This document shows, in pieces, positions 28,038-37,954 of a stretch of DNA of 64,000 nucleotides. A program made the translations under genes and the position numbers. The first letter of the stretch is position 1, and each line of letters starts with the position of its first letter. Below the pieces are notes generated by a model that did no database searches, was not told the DNA's origin, and worked only from the letters and a program-made list of their open reading frames with translations. Origin of the DNA: Alphaproteobacteria bacterium (GTDB taxonomy: Bacteria > Pseudomonadota > Alphaproteobacteria > Bin95); contig OZ219787.1 in the NCBI GenBank assembly GCA_964291285.2, forward strand, positions 288,001 through 352,000. The letters are read 5' to 3'.

Positions 28038-29294
28038 TCAATCGACGATGCCGTTGAGGGCGTAGTCGAAGGCCTCGTAGCTGTGGAGCTGCGCTTCCTC
28101 GGCGCGGCGCGCATAGGCGTCGCTGACCGGTCGGCTGAGGATGATCGGCACCTGGGCCTCGTGGGTGCTGCCGTGGGTGCGCAGCCGATGGCCCTTGAGG
28201 CCGCTCAGGTCGTGGTCCGCCTCCCGGCCCCCGATGACGGTGCGCGCATCGGCCAGAACCGCAAGGTCCCCTTCGCGGCCCCAGGGCAGGTCGAATTCGC
28301 GCGCCGCCGCCTCGCGGGTGAGCACCCGCTCCACGCCCGGCGCGTCCGCGACGGCCTCGGCCGCCCGCTCGACCGGCAGCCCCTCGCGGCAATAGACGCG
28401 CACGAAGCCGCCGAGCGAGCCGTGATGGCCGACGAAGGCGTCGGTGATCGGGCAGATGACGGTCGAGGCGCCCGCGCCGCACTCGCCGTCCAGGATGTCC
28501 TGGAGCCAGACCACCAGGGGCGCGCCGTCCTCGTCCGCCTTGTCGTTCATGCCGTGGTCGGCGGTGAGCGCCACGGTCGCGCCCAGCTCCTCGAAGGCGC
28601 CGAAGCGCGCGTCCATTTCGGCGTAGAAGCGGTCGGCCTCCGGATGCCCCGGCGCGTAGGCGTGCTGGATATAGTCGGTGAGCGAGAGGTAGAGCATGTC
28701 CGGGCGGCGTTCCTCCAGCAGCTTCAGCCCGGCGTCCAGCACGAACAGCGAGAGGTCCGCCGAATACATGTCCGGCAGCGGCCGGCCGACGAAGCCGAGC
28801 GCGTCCTCGATGCCGTTCTCCTCCATGGTGCAGCGGTCGGCATGCTGCGAGGAGAAGCTGACCGAGCCGTTCGAGAGGTCCATGCCCTTCTGGAGCTGGC
28901 GGCGGAGCTTGTCCTTGGCGGTGATCGAGGCGACCCGCAGGCCGGCGCGCGAGAACTCGCTCATCACCGAGTTGACCTCCAGCAATTCGGGGCCGGTCAT
29001 CACCACCGGCTCGCCCGTCGCGCGGTCGAGGTAGAAATTGCCGGAGATGCCATGCACCGAGGCCGGGCGGCCGGTGACGATGGACATGTTGTTGGGGCAG
29101 GTGAAGCTCGGCATGGTGCCTTGCGCCACCGTGTGGAAGCCGTCCCGCATGTAGCGCGCGATATTGGGCAGGATGCCCGCGCTCAGCCCGTGCTCGACAT
29201 AGGCCGGGTCCCCGCCGTCGATGCACACCGCGACCAGCGGCCGCGCCGGCCGGCGGTACTCGGTGCCGTTCACTTCCAGCCTGTCGCTCGCCAT
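28038..29294 (-). CDS. phnA: Phosphonoacetate hydrolase
   Basis: CIDGG, MPSFTCPNNMSIVTG, AKDKLR, YLSLTDYIQH, TADHGM, ICPITDAFVGHHG, LRTHG. Confidence 0.92.
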   Translation of the reverse strand: MASDRLEVNGTEYRRPARPLVAVCIDGGDPAYVEHGLSAGILPNIARYMRDGFHTVAQGTMPSFTCPNNMSIVTGRPASVHGISGNFYLDRATGEPVVMTGPELLEVNSVMSEFSRAGLRVASITAKDKLRRQLQKGMDLSNGSVSFSSQHADRCTMEENGIEDALGFVGRPLPDMYSADLSLFVLDAGLKLLEERRPDMLYLSLTDYIQHAYAPGHPEADRFYAEMDARFGAFEELGATVALTADHGMNDKADEDGAPLVVWLQDILDGECGAGASTVICPITDAFVGHHGSLGGFVRVYCREGLPVERAAEAVADAPGVERVLTREAAAREFDLPWGREGDLAVLADARTVIGGREADHDLSGLKGHRLRTHGSTHEAQVPIILSRPVSDAYARRAEEAQLHSYEAFDYALNGIVD

Positions 29295-29298
29295 GCCG

Positions 29299-30243
29299 CT
29301 ACTCCATCGCCGCCAGGTATTTCTCGGCCTCCAGCGCCGCCATGCAGCCGAGGCCGGCGGCGGTGACGGCCTGGCGGAAGACCTTGTCCTTCACGTCGCC
29401 CGCCGCGAACACGCCGGGCACGGAGGTAATCGTGCTGTCCGGGCGGGTGATGAGATAGCCCTCCTCGTCCATCTCCAGCAGGCCCCGGAAGATGTCGGTG
29501 TTGGGGCGGTGGCCGATGGCGATGAACACGCCGTCCACCGCGCGCTCGGTCACGGCGCCGGTCTTCACATGGCGCAGCTTCGCCCCGGTGACGCCCGCCG
29601 GTTCGCCGCCGCCCAGCACCTCGTCCAGCACCGTGTCCCAGACCATCTCGACCTTGTCGTTGCGGAACAGGCGCTCCTGGAGGATCTTCTCCGCCCTCAG
29701 GCTGTCGCGGCGGTGGACCACCGAGACCCTGCTGGCATGGTTGGTGAGGTAGAGCGCCTCCTCGACCGCCGTGTTGCCGCCGCCGACCACCAGCACCTCG
29801 CGGTCGCGGAAGAAGAAGCCGTCGCAGGTGGCGCAGGCCGAGACGCCGAAGCCCCGGAAGCGCTCCTCGCTCGGCAGGCCCAGCCACTTCGCCTCCGCGC
29901 CGGTCGAGACCACGACCGCATCGGCCGTATAGACCTGCCCGCTGTCGCCCCTGCAGACCATCGGGCGGGACTCGAAGTCGCATTCGACGATCATGTCGAA
30001 ATAGGTCTCGGTGCCGACATGCCGGGCCTGGCCCTCCATCTGCTCCATCAGCCACGGTCCCTGGATCACGTCGGCGAAGCCCGGATAGTTCTCCACGTCG
30101 GTGGTGATGGTGAGCTGCCCGCCCGGCGCCATGCCCTGCACAAGGCCGGGCCTGAGCGCGGCGCGCGCGGCATAGATCGCGGCCGTATAGCCGGCCGGGC
30201 CGGAGCCGAGGATCAGCACCCTGTGGTGGATGGGGTCGGCCAT
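29299..30243 (-). CDS. trxB: Thioredoxin reductase
   Basis: GSGPAGYTAA, GGQLTITTDVENYPGF, SACATCDG, GGGNTAVEEA, FRQAVTAAG. Confidence 0.96.
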   Translation of the reverse strand: MADPIHHRVLILGSGPAGYTAAIYAARAALRPGLVQGMAPGGQLTITTDVENYPGFADVIQGPWLMEQMEGQARHVGTETYFDMIVECDFESRPMVCRGDSGQVYTADAVVVSTGAEAKWLGLPSEERFRGFGVSACATCDGFFFRDREVLVVGGGNTAVEEALYLTNHASRVSVVHRRDSLRAEKILQERLFRNDKVEMVWDTVLDEVLGGGEPAGVTGAKLRHVKTGAVTERAVDGVFIAIGHRPNTDIFRGLLEMDEEGYLITRPDSTITSVPGVFAAGDVKDKVFRQAVTAAGLGCMAALEAEKYLAAME

Positions 30244-30330
30244 GTCGTCTCACCTCGTAATCGGGGCCGCCGGGCTGGCGCGGCGGGCCCGCTCATGTAG
30301 CATGGCCGGAAAAGGGAGGCACGGGGACAG

Positions 30331-31116
30331 ATGAGGACCATCGTGACGGGCGCGGCGCGCGGCATCGGACGGGCAGTCTGCCGGAGGCTCGCGCAGGATG
30401 CGAGGCGCAGCAACCGGCCGGCGCATATCGCCGCAGTGGACCGGGCGCATGAGGACGAACTGGAGGCCCTGCTCGCCGAACTCCGCGAGGAGGGCGTCGA
30501 GGCCACACCCTTCATGGGCGACCTCGGCGACCCGGAGGAGCCTGCGCGGATCGTCGCGGAGGCGGCGGACGCGATGGGCGGCATCGACGCGCTCGTCTCC
30601 AACGCCGGCATCGCCGCGCCGGCCCCGCTGACGAGGCTCGGGCTCGACGAGTGGGACCTCACCATGAACGTCAACACCCGCGCGACCTGGCTGCTCGGCA
30701 AGGCGGCGCACCCGCACCTGAAGGAAAGCCGGGGCGCCGTCGCCGTCACGGCCTCCATGTCGGGCATGAACCCACACAGCTGGATGGGCGCCTATTCGGC
30801 GAGCAAGGCCGGCGTCATCATCCTCGCCAAGCAGATGGCCCAGGAATGGGCGGCGGACGGCATCCGGGTCAACTGCGTCTCGCCCGGCCTCGTGCGCACC
30901 ATGATGACCGAGGCGATGTACGAGGACCCCGAGATCAAGGCGGCGCGCGAAGAACTGGTGCCGATGGGCCGCGTCGCCGGGCCGGACGACATCGCCGACA
31001 TCATCGCCTTCCTGCTCGGCCCCGATTCCCGTTATGTCACCGGGCAGGTCATCCTCACAGACGGCGGGCTCGCGGAGTCGCTCTTCAACCACATCCCCGG
31101 CCGCCCGCGTTCGTGA
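30331..31116 (+). CDS. Short-chain dehydrogenase/reductase
   Basis: TGAARGIG, SNAG, YSASK, IRVNCVSPG. Confidence 0.92.
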   Translation: MRTIVTGAARGIGRAVCRRLAQDARRSNRPAHIAAVDRAHEDELEALLAELREEGVEATPFMGDLGDPEEPARIVAEAADAMGGIDALVSNAGIAAPAPLTRLGLDEWDLTMNVNTRATWLLGKAAHPHLKESRGAVAVTASMSGMNPHSWMGAYSASKAGVIILAKQMAQEWAADGIRVNCVSPGLVRTMMTEAMYEDPEIKAAREELVPMGRVAGPDDIADIIAFLLGPDSRYVTGQVILTDGGLAESLFNHIPGRPRS

Positions 31117-31152
31117 CCGCAGCCGGCTCTTTCCGGGCCCGCTCCACGTGGA

Positions 31153-31409
31153 TGTCATGGAATGTCATGTTCTGTCATGGGGCCGGTCTCCGCTCCGGTC
31201 GTTCGCAAGGCATCGCAGCCTCCTTGGTCGGTCCGTGGTCCCGGACGCCTCCGTTGCCGGAGGAGCGTCATCCGCCCGCGCATAATGCGCGCCTGCCCGC
31301 GCGTGCGCGTCCGCGTGTGCGTGGCGGCGGGACCGTCCTCTCCACCGTGGATGTCATGGAATGTCATGTTTTGTCATGCGGCCCGCCGGAAATGTCATGG
31401 TCTGTCATG
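31153..31409. repeat. Array of eight TGTCATG heptamers in three clusters with 10-bp period
   Basis: Copies start at 31153, 31163, 31173; 31352, 31362, 31372; 31393, 31403. Confidence 0.85.
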
Positions 31410-31874
31410 GTCCGCCGCGCCTCCGGTCCCGCCGCCGCCCGTCCGCATCCCGCATGCCGTTCCTCCATCGCGTTCCGTTCCGTTCTCCCCGCCGCCGGCT
31501 CCTCCGTGCGGCGGGACCCTGTTTCGCGCGTATCGTGCGCGGGCGCGCCCGCGTGTCGGCGCCGGCGCGGTTCGCGCGCCTGATTGCCCGCGTGCGCGAG
31601 GCCGGGCGCAGGGCGCACGTCTCCCGTCCGTTTTTCGGGGGTCTTTAAAATTCGCGCCGGCGCGAACCGGGAAGCGAAGCGGCTCCGCAGAGGCCGTTCC
31701 CTTCCTCCCGCCCTTATCTGGCTGCTGGGCGTCCCGAAATCAACCCCTTTTCGTGAATTATTTCTGATTCAATGAACGAATATAGAAATACGCAGCGCTT
31801 TACGGCGGGATAGTGCAGCGGGGGCGGGCGGCTTATAGTCCGGCGGCGATTCTTCCCGACTGGAGCGAGAGCCT

Positions 31875-32591
31875 ATGGAACCCGTCTTCCGCGACGACGC
31901 CTATGCCAGGGCCTGCGACGCCGTTGTGACGGCCGTGACCCCGGCCGGCGTTACGCTCGACCGCACGGTGTTCTACCCGACCGGCGGCGGCCAGCCGGGC
32001 GACACCGGCCGGCTGGTGGACGAAAGCGGCGCGGCGTTCGCCGTGCTGCCGGCGGTGAAGGGCGAGGGCGACGCGGTCCTGCACCCCCTCCCGGAGGGAA
32101 CCGCGCCGCCCCGCGTCGGGGCGAAGGTGCGGGCCGAGATCGACTGGGAGCGGCGCTACCGGCACATGCGGATGCACACCTGCCTGCACCTGCTCTCGGC
32201 CGTGGTGACGGGGGGCGTCACCGGCGGCGCCGTCGGCGAGGCGAAGAGCCGGCTCGATTTCGACCTGCCGGACACGGCGCTCGACAAGGAGGCGCTCGAC
32301 GAGGCGCTGAACGCGCTCATCGAGGCCGACCATGCCGTCGTCCCGCGCTGGATCGACGAGGCCGAGCTGGACGCCAACCCGGAACTGGTGCGCACCATGT
32401 CGGTGCAGCCGCCGCGCGGGGCGGGCCGGGTGCGCGTGCTGGAGATCGGCGCCGGCGTGGACCTCCAGCCCTGCGGCGGCACCCATGTCGCGCGGACGGG
32501 CGAGATCGGGCGGGTGCGAATCGGCAAGATCGAGAACAAGGGCCGGCGCAACCGGCGCATCAACGTCCATCTGGAGGCGGAGTCGCCATGA
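31875..32591 (+). CDS. Alanyl-tRNA editing protein (AlaX family)
   Basis: FYPTGGGQPGD, MRMHTCLHLL, QPCGGTHV. Confidence 0.92.
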   Translation: MEPVFRDDAYARACDAVVTAVTPAGVTLDRTVFYPTGGGQPGDTGRLVDESGAAFAVLPAVKGEGDAVLHPLPEGTAPPRVGAKVRAEIDWERRYRHMRMHTCLHLLSAVVTGGVTGGAVGEAKSRLDFDLPDTALDKEALDEALNALIEADHAVVPRWIDEAELDANPELVRTMSVQPPRGAGRVRVLEIGAGVDLQPCGGTHVARTGEIGRVRIGKIENKGRRNRRINVHLEAESP

Positions 32592-33394
32592 GCGCGCTGA
32601 TTTCCACGGCGGACCTGGCCGCGCGGCTGGGCCGGGTCGTGCTGCTGGACGGCAGCCACCATCTGCCGGCCGCCGGGCGCGATGCGGGCGCGGAGTTCCT
32701 GGAGGCGCACATTCCGGGCGCGCGCTTCTTCGACATAGACGGCGTGGCCGACAGGGCGAGCGACCTGCCGCACATGCTGCCCGGCGAGAAGGAATTCGCG
32801 CTCGCCATGGGGGCGATGGGGATCGGGCGGGACGACGAGGTCGTGGTCTATGACACGGTCGGCACCACGGGCGCGGCGCGCGTCTGGTGGACCTTCCGGG
32901 CCTTCGGCCACGGGCGGGTGCGCGTGCTCGACGGCGGCCTGCCGAAATGGCTTGCCGAGGGCCGGCCCGTCGAGGCGGGCTATGCGGCCGAGGCGCAGCC
33001 GGCGCTGGTACGCGCGCGGGAAGACATGCTGGCCAATATCGAAAGCCGCGCCGAACAGGTGCTGGACGCGCGCAGCGCCGGTCGTTTCGCCGGGACCGAG
33101 CCGGAGCCCAGGGCCGGCATGCGCAGCGGCCATATCCCCGGCAGCCTCAACCTGCCCTACACGGAGATTCTGGACCCGGCGAGCCGCACCTTCCGGGACA
33201 GGGCGGCGCTCCGGGCGGCGTTCGAGGCGGCGGGGCTCGACCTCGACAGGCCGGTGGCGACCACCTGCGGGTCGGGCGTCACCGCCGCCGTGCTGGCGCT
33301 CGGGCTTTACGAACTGGGACACACCGATGCGGCCGTCTATGACGGCTCGTGGAGCGAATGGGGATCGCGAGAGGACACGCCGGTAGAGACATGA
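32588..33394 (+). CDS. sseA: 3-mercaptopyruvate sulfurtransferase
   Basis: HIPGA, LPHMLP, RVWW, DARS..RF.G..PEPR, CGSGVTA, YDGSWSEW. Confidence 0.9.
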   Translation: MSALISTADLAARLGRVVLLDGSHHLPAAGRDAGAEFLEAHIPGARFFDIDGVADRASDLPHMLPGEKEFALAMGAMGIGRDDEVVVYDTVGTTGAARVWWTFRAFGHGRVRVLDGGLPKWLAEGRPVEAGYAAEAQPALVRAREDMLANIESRAEQVLDARSAGRFAGTEPEPRAGMRSGHIPGSLNLPYTEILDPASRTFRDRAALRAAFEAAGLDLDRPVATTCGSGVTAAVLALGLYELGHTDAAVYDGSWSEWGSREDTPVET

Positions 33395-34566
33395 CAGAGG
33401 GAAAACGCCCGGACACGGTGCTCACCCATGCAGGGCGCCACCCGCACGACTATTTCGGCGTGGTCAACACGCCGGTCTTCCGCGCCTCGACGATCCTCTC
33501 CCGCACGGTCGCCGAGCGGCTCGCGCCCAAGGGCCCGCGCGACCCCGCCTACGGGCGGCGCGGCACGCCCACCATGTTCACCCTGGAGGACGCGGTGGCG
33601 GAGATCGAGGGCGCGGCCGGCGCGGTCATCTGCCCCTCCGGCATGGCGGCGGTCGCGCTCGGCTACTCCTCCATGCTGTCGGCCGGCGACCATGTGCTGG
33701 TGGCGGACTGCGTTTATGCCCCGGCGCGGCGCTACGCCGCCGAGGCGCTGCCGCGCCACGGCATCGGGGCGACCTTCTTCGACCCCGGCATCGGTGCCGG
33801 CATCGCGGAACTGATGCGCCCGGAGACGAAGCTGGTCTATCTGGAGGCGCCCGGCTCGCAGACCTTCGAGATGCAGGACGTACCGGCGATCGCGGAAGTG
33901 GCCCGTGCCCGCGGCGCGCGCGTCGCGATCGACAATACCTGGGCGACGCCGCTCTTCTTCAGGCCGTTCGAGCACGGCGCGGACCTCTCCATCCACGCCG
34001 CCACCAAATATATCGTCGGCCATTCGGACGCGATGCTGGGGGTCGTCACCTGCCGCGACGCCGAGACCCTGGAGGCGGTGCGCGCCTGGTGGAACATGAC
34101 CGGGCTCTGCGCCGGCCCGGACGACATCTATCTCGGCACGCGCGGCATCCGCACGATGAGCGTCCGGCTCGCCCGCCACCAGGAGAACGCGATGCGGGTC
34201 GCGACCTGGCTGCAGGGCCGGGCGGAGGTCGAGCGGGTGCTCTACCCGGCGCTGCCCGACGATCCCGGCCATGCGATCTGGAAGCGCGACTTCACCGGGG
34301 CGTCCGGCCTGTTCGGCCTGCTGTTGCACCCGGCGAGCGCAGAGGCGGTGGCGGCGATGCTGGACGGGCTGGAGCTGTTCGGCATGGGCTCCAGCTGGGG
34401 CGGCTTCGAGAGCCTGATCGTGCCGAGCGACCCTTCGGCCTGGCGCACGGCCACGGTCTGGAACCCCGCCGGCCCCCTGCTCCGCCTCCATATCGGCCTG
34501 GAGGACCCGGACGACCTGATCGCCGACCTCGAAGCCGGCTTCGCAAGGCTCCGCGCGGCGGGGTAG
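33391..34566 (+). CDS. metC: Cystathionine beta-lyase
   Basis: VNTPVFRAST, YGRRGTPT, EAPGSQTFE, DNTWATP, ATKYIVGHSD, SWGGFESL. Confidence 0.9.
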   Translation: MTEGKRPDTVLTHAGRHPHDYFGVVNTPVFRASTILSRTVAERLAPKGPRDPAYGRRGTPTMFTLEDAVAEIEGAAGAVICPSGMAAVALGYSSMLSAGDHVLVADCVYAPARRYAAEALPRHGIGATFFDPGIGAGIAELMRPETKLVYLEAPGSQTFEMQDVPAIAEVARARGARVAIDNTWATPLFFRPFEHGADLSIHAATKYIVGHSDAMLGVVTCRDAETLEAVRAWWNMTGLCAGPDDIYLGTRGIRTMSVRLARHQENAMRVATWLQGRAEVERVLYPALPDDPGHAIWKRDFTGASGLFGLLLHPASAEAVAAMLDGLELFGMGSSWGGFESLIVPSDPSAWRTATVWNPAGPLLRLHIGLEDPDDLIADLEAGFARLRAAG

Positions 34567-34575
34567 TCAGCCGCG

Positions 34576-35424
34576 TCAGGCGACGGGGGCGAGGCGGGTG
34601 ATGGCGGTGGTGTGGGTCTCGACGAAATAGAGCGTCCCGTCGGCCGCGCCGGCGACCCCGTGCGGCATGACCGCCACCGGTTTGCAGCTTCCGAAGATCG
34701 TCCCGTCGGAACCGAGCGCCGTCACGCGGGGTACCTGGTCCGAGACAAAGATCCGCTGCTCGCCGTCGATATGGATGTCCATCGGCTTGTAGAAGGGGCC
34801 GAAATCCGCGAGGTGGCCGCCGTCGGGCGAGAAGACCTGGACGCGGTTGTTCTCCCGGTCCCCGACCAGCACCCGCCCGTCGCCGAGCACGCCGATGCCG
34901 TGCGGCGTCGTGAACTCGCCGGGACCGCTGCCGCGTCCGCCCCAGCTCGCCAGATGCGCGCCGTCGGGTGCGAAGCGGTGGACCATGGTGTTGCCGTAGC
35001 CGTCGGAGACATAGAGGTCGCCGTCCGGCCCGACCGCGACATCGGTCGGGTGGTTGAAGGGCGCCTGGGTCCGGGGGCGGTGCCGCTCGCCGAGCGCCAG
35101 CAGCAGCTTGCCTTCGGCATCGAAGGCGAGCACCTGGTGCGCGTCCCGGTCCACGACCAGGATGCGCCCGTCCGGGGCCGCGGCGATGCCGTGCGGGTCG
35201 GCGATCTCGCCGTCGCCCCAGCTTCGCAGGAAGTTCCCCTCCGGGTCGAACACCAGGACCGGGGTCGAGCGCCGCTGGCAGACATAGAGGTTGCCGCCGG
35301 CATCGACCGCGCATTTGCTGATGATTCCGACCGGAATATGCTCCGGCCAGCGGCCCCAGGGCCTGTCGATCCGGTAGCGCTGCTCGCCCAGTACGGCGAA
35401 CAGTTCGCCGTTTCCCGTCTCCAT
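34576..35424 (-). CDS. NHL-repeat beta-propeller (PAL-like family)
   Basis: FNHPTDVAVGPDGDLYVSDGYGN, GEFTTPHGI, DRENNRVQVF. Confidence 0.85.
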   Translation of the reverse strand: METGNGELFAVLGEQRYRIDRPWGRWPEHIPVGIISKCAVDAGGNLYVCQRRSTPVLVFDPEGNFLRSWGDGEIADPHGIAAAPDGRILVVDRDAHQVLAFDAEGKLLLALGERHRPRTQAPFNHPTDVAVGPDGDLYVSDGYGNTMVHRFAPDGAHLASWGGRGSGPGEFTTPHGIGVLGDGRVLVGDRENNRVQVFSPDGGHLADFGPFYKPMDIHIDGEQRIFVSDQVPRVTALGSDGTIFGSCKPVAVMPHGVAGAADGTLYFVETHTTAITRLAPVA

Positions 35425-35456
35425 CTCCACCTCCTCGCCGCCGGGGGCCCGGCCCT

Positions 35457-35924
35457 TCAGGCCCCGGGCCGCGCCGGACCTGTCCAGTTCCGGCGGATCG
35501 CCTCGCATTCCGCCGTGCGCACGCCGGTGACGATCTCCACAGACCGCCCGGTCAGCTCCAGCAGCGTCTCGACACTGTAGCGGCCGTAGTTCGTGCGGCG
35601 CATCTCCGCATGGCGTGCGCCCAGCACCAGCCGGGCGACGCGCGCTTCCTGCAGCGCCCAGCAGCACATCGGGCAGGGCTCCATCGTGGTGTAGCAGGCG
35701 GCGCCCGAAAGGTCCGGGCTGTCGAGGTTGCGGCAGGCGTCCCTGAGCGCGTCCACTTCGGCATGGCAGGTCGGGTCGCGGTCCGAGGCGACGCGGTTGC
35801 GGCCGCGCCCGATGACCTCGCCGCCGCGCACGATGACGGAGCCGACCGGGACATTACCCTCCGCCTGTCCCCGCTCCGCTTCCTCGAGCGCGAGGCCCAT
35901 GAAACGATCGTGGTCTTCCGGCAT
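35457..35924 (-). CDS. Nucleoside/nucleobase deaminase (cytidine deaminase-like fold)
   Basis: HAE and EPCPMC zinc motifs. Confidence 0.88.
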   Translation of the reverse strand: MPEDHDRFMGLALEEAERGQAEGNVPVGSVIVRGGEVIGRGRNRVASDRDPTCHAEVDALRDACRNLDSPDLSGAACYTTMEPCPMCCWALQEARVARLVLGARHAEMRRTNYGRYSVETLLELTGRSVEIVTGVRTAECEAIRRNWTGPARPGA

Positions 35925-35967
35925 GGCGAAGCTCCTCCTTTCTGCGCCGCCGGACCCGTGCCGCCCG

Positions 35968-37941
35968 TCACTCGAAATAGAGGATCGGCTGGTCGGCGGC
36001 GAGATTGTCGCCGGCTGCGGTCGGGATGGATTTGATCCGCCCCGGCCGCTCGGCGCGCAGCACGTTCTCCATCTTCATCGCCTCGACCGTGGCGAGCGCC
36101 TGCCCGGCCTCCACCTCGTCGCCTTCCGCGACCGCCAGCGAGACCAGCAGGCCCGGCATCGGCGAAAGCAGCACCTTCGAGGTGTCCGGCGGCGCCTTCT
36201 TCGGCATGAGGCGCGCGAATTCCGCGACGCGCGGCGGCACCGCCCGCACCTTCGCCTGCGCGCCCCGGTAGGACAACAGCCAGCCGGCGCCGTCTTCCTC
36301 GACCCGCACCGCAACCGCCTCGCCGTCGAACCGCCCCTCGAAATGCGTCCCGCCGGGCGGGCGCGCGCCTTCCAGCCTTGCTGCCGCGCCGTCGATCTCC
36401 AGCCTGAGGCCCTCCCCGTCCGGCTCCGCCGCTACCGTGGCCGCATCGTCCCCGGACAGGACGGCCCAGTCGCGCCGTGCCGCGCCGCCCGAGGCCGCCG
36501 CCTCGCTTTGCGCGAGCGCCGCGGCCACGGCCGCAAACAATCGGCGGTGCGCCCCGGCACCCCCGGCCGGGTCGTAGCCCTCCGGGAACTCCTCGTCGAT
36601 GAAGGCGGTGCTGAGCCGGCCCTCGGCAAAGCGCGGGCGGTCGGCAATCGCGGCGAGGAAGTCGATATTGTGCCCGACGCCGGCGATGGCGAAGCGGCCG
36701 AGCGCGCCCGCGAGCCTTGCGCGCGCCTCCTCCCGCGTCGCCCCGTGGGCGGCGAGCTTGGCGATCATCGGGTCGTAGAACATGGTGATCTCGGAGCCCT
36801 CGACCACGCCCGTGTCGATGCGCACGCCGCCCTCTTCCGCCGGCGGGCGGAAAGTCTCCAGCCGCCCGATGGAGGGCGCGAAATTGCGCTCCGGCCGCTC
36901 CGCATAGACCCGCGCCTCGATGGCCCAGCCGTCCAGGCGGACATCCTGCTGGCCGAAGGCGAGCGGCTCGCCCGCCGCCACGCGCAGCATCTGCTCCACG
37001 AGGTCCAGCCCGGTGACCATTTCCGTCACCGGATGTTCCACCTGGAGGCGGGTGTTCATCTCCAGGAAGTAGAAATTGCGCTCACGGTCCACGATGAACT
37101 CGACGGTGCCGGCCGAGCGGTAGTCGACGGCGCGGGCGAGCGCCACGGCGCGGGCGCCCATTTCCGCGCGGAGCGCCTCGTCGACGAACGGGCTCGGGCA
37201 TTCCTCGACCACCTTCTGGTGGCGGCGCTGGATCGAGCATTCGCGCTCGCCGAGATGCACGGCGTTGCCATGCGCGTCGGCCAGCACCTGGATCTCGATA
37301 TGGCGCGGCTCCTCGACATATTTCTCGACGAAGACGCGGCCGTCCCCGAAGGCGCTTACGGCCTCGTTCACGGTCGAGCCGAAGACCTGCCGGAGCTCGT
37401 CGTCGGAGCCGGCGATGCGCATGCCCTTGCCGCCGCCGCCCGCGGACGCCTTGACCATGACCGGGTAGCCGATCCGGCGCGCGCTGGCGACGGCCCCCTC
37501 GGCGTCCGCGATCTCTCCGGCGTCGCCGGGCACGACGGGCACGCCCGCCCGCTCCGCAAGCCGCTTGCTCTCGATCTTGTCGCCCATGGCGGCGATGGCG
37601 GCCGCGCCGGGCCCGATGAACACCAGCCCCGCCGCTTCGACGGCCTCGACGAAGCCCGCATTCTCGGAGAGGAAGCCGAAGCCCGGATGGATGGCCTCCG
37701 CGCCCGTCTCGAGCGCCGCGCGGACGATGCGCTCGCCGTCCAGATAGCTTTCCGACGGCGCGGAGCCGCCGATGGCGACCGCCTCGTCGGCCATGCGCAC
37801 ATGCAGGGCATCGGCGTCGGCCTCGGAATAGACGGCCACCGTGGCCGTGCCGAGGCGCCGGGCGGTGCGTGCGATCCGGCAGGCGATCTCGCCGCGGTTG
37901 GCGATCAGGATCCGGCCGAACGGAGGCGCCCCGGCGGTCAC
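35968..37941 (-). CDS. Acetyl/propionyl/methylcrotonyl-CoA carboxylase alpha subunit
   Basis: ILIANRGEIA, GGGGKGMR, ERECSIQRR, EMNTRLQVEHPVTE, biotinylation site EAMKM. Confidence 0.92.
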   Translation of the reverse strand: MTAGAPPFGRILIANRGEIACRIARTARRLGTATVAVYSEADADALHVRMADEAVAIGGSAPSESYLDGERIVRAALETGAEAIHPGFGFLSENAGFVEAVEAAGLVFIGPGAAAIAAMGDKIESKRLAERAGVPVVPGDAGEIADAEGAVASARRIGYPVMVKASAGGGGKGMRIAGSDDELRQVFGSTVNEAVSAFGDGRVFVEKYVEEPRHIEIQVLADAHGNAVHLGERECSIQRRHQKVVEECPSPFVDEALRAEMGARAVALARAVDYRSAGTVEFIVDRERNFYFLEMNTRLQVEHPVTEMVTGLDLVEQMLRVAAGEPLAFGQQDVRLDGWAIEARVYAERPERNFAPSIGRLETFRPPAEEGGVRIDTGVVEGSEITMFYDPMIAKLAAHGATREEARARLAGALGRFAIAGVGHNIDFLAAIADRPRFAEGRLSTAFIDEEFPEGYDPAGGAGAHRRLFAAVAAALAQSEAAASGGAARRDWAVLSGDDAATVAAEPDGEGLRLEIDGAAARLEGARPPGGTHFEGRFDGEAVAVRVEEDGAGWLLSYRGAQAKVRAVPPRVAEFARLMPKKAPPDTSKVLLSPMPGLLVSLAVAEGDEVEAGQALATVEAMKMENVLRAERPGRIKSIPTAAGDNLAADQPILYFE

Positions 37942-37954
37942 GGGCTCTGCCGCC

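Noticed and set aside
24288-28280. phnA duplicate as a diversity-generating retroelement TR/VR pair
   Set aside because: Mismatches are not adenine-specific and are often synonymous; no reverse transcriptase in the window.
31153-31409. TGTCATG array as a CRISPR or as small proteins
   Set aside because: Units are too short with no regular spacers; overlapping ORFs are low-complexity and lack coding signals.
31774-31788. GAAC-N7-GAAA as an alphaproteobacterial LexA box (weaker match near 13420-13434)
   Set aside because: Imperfect match and no SOS gene downstream; could be chance.
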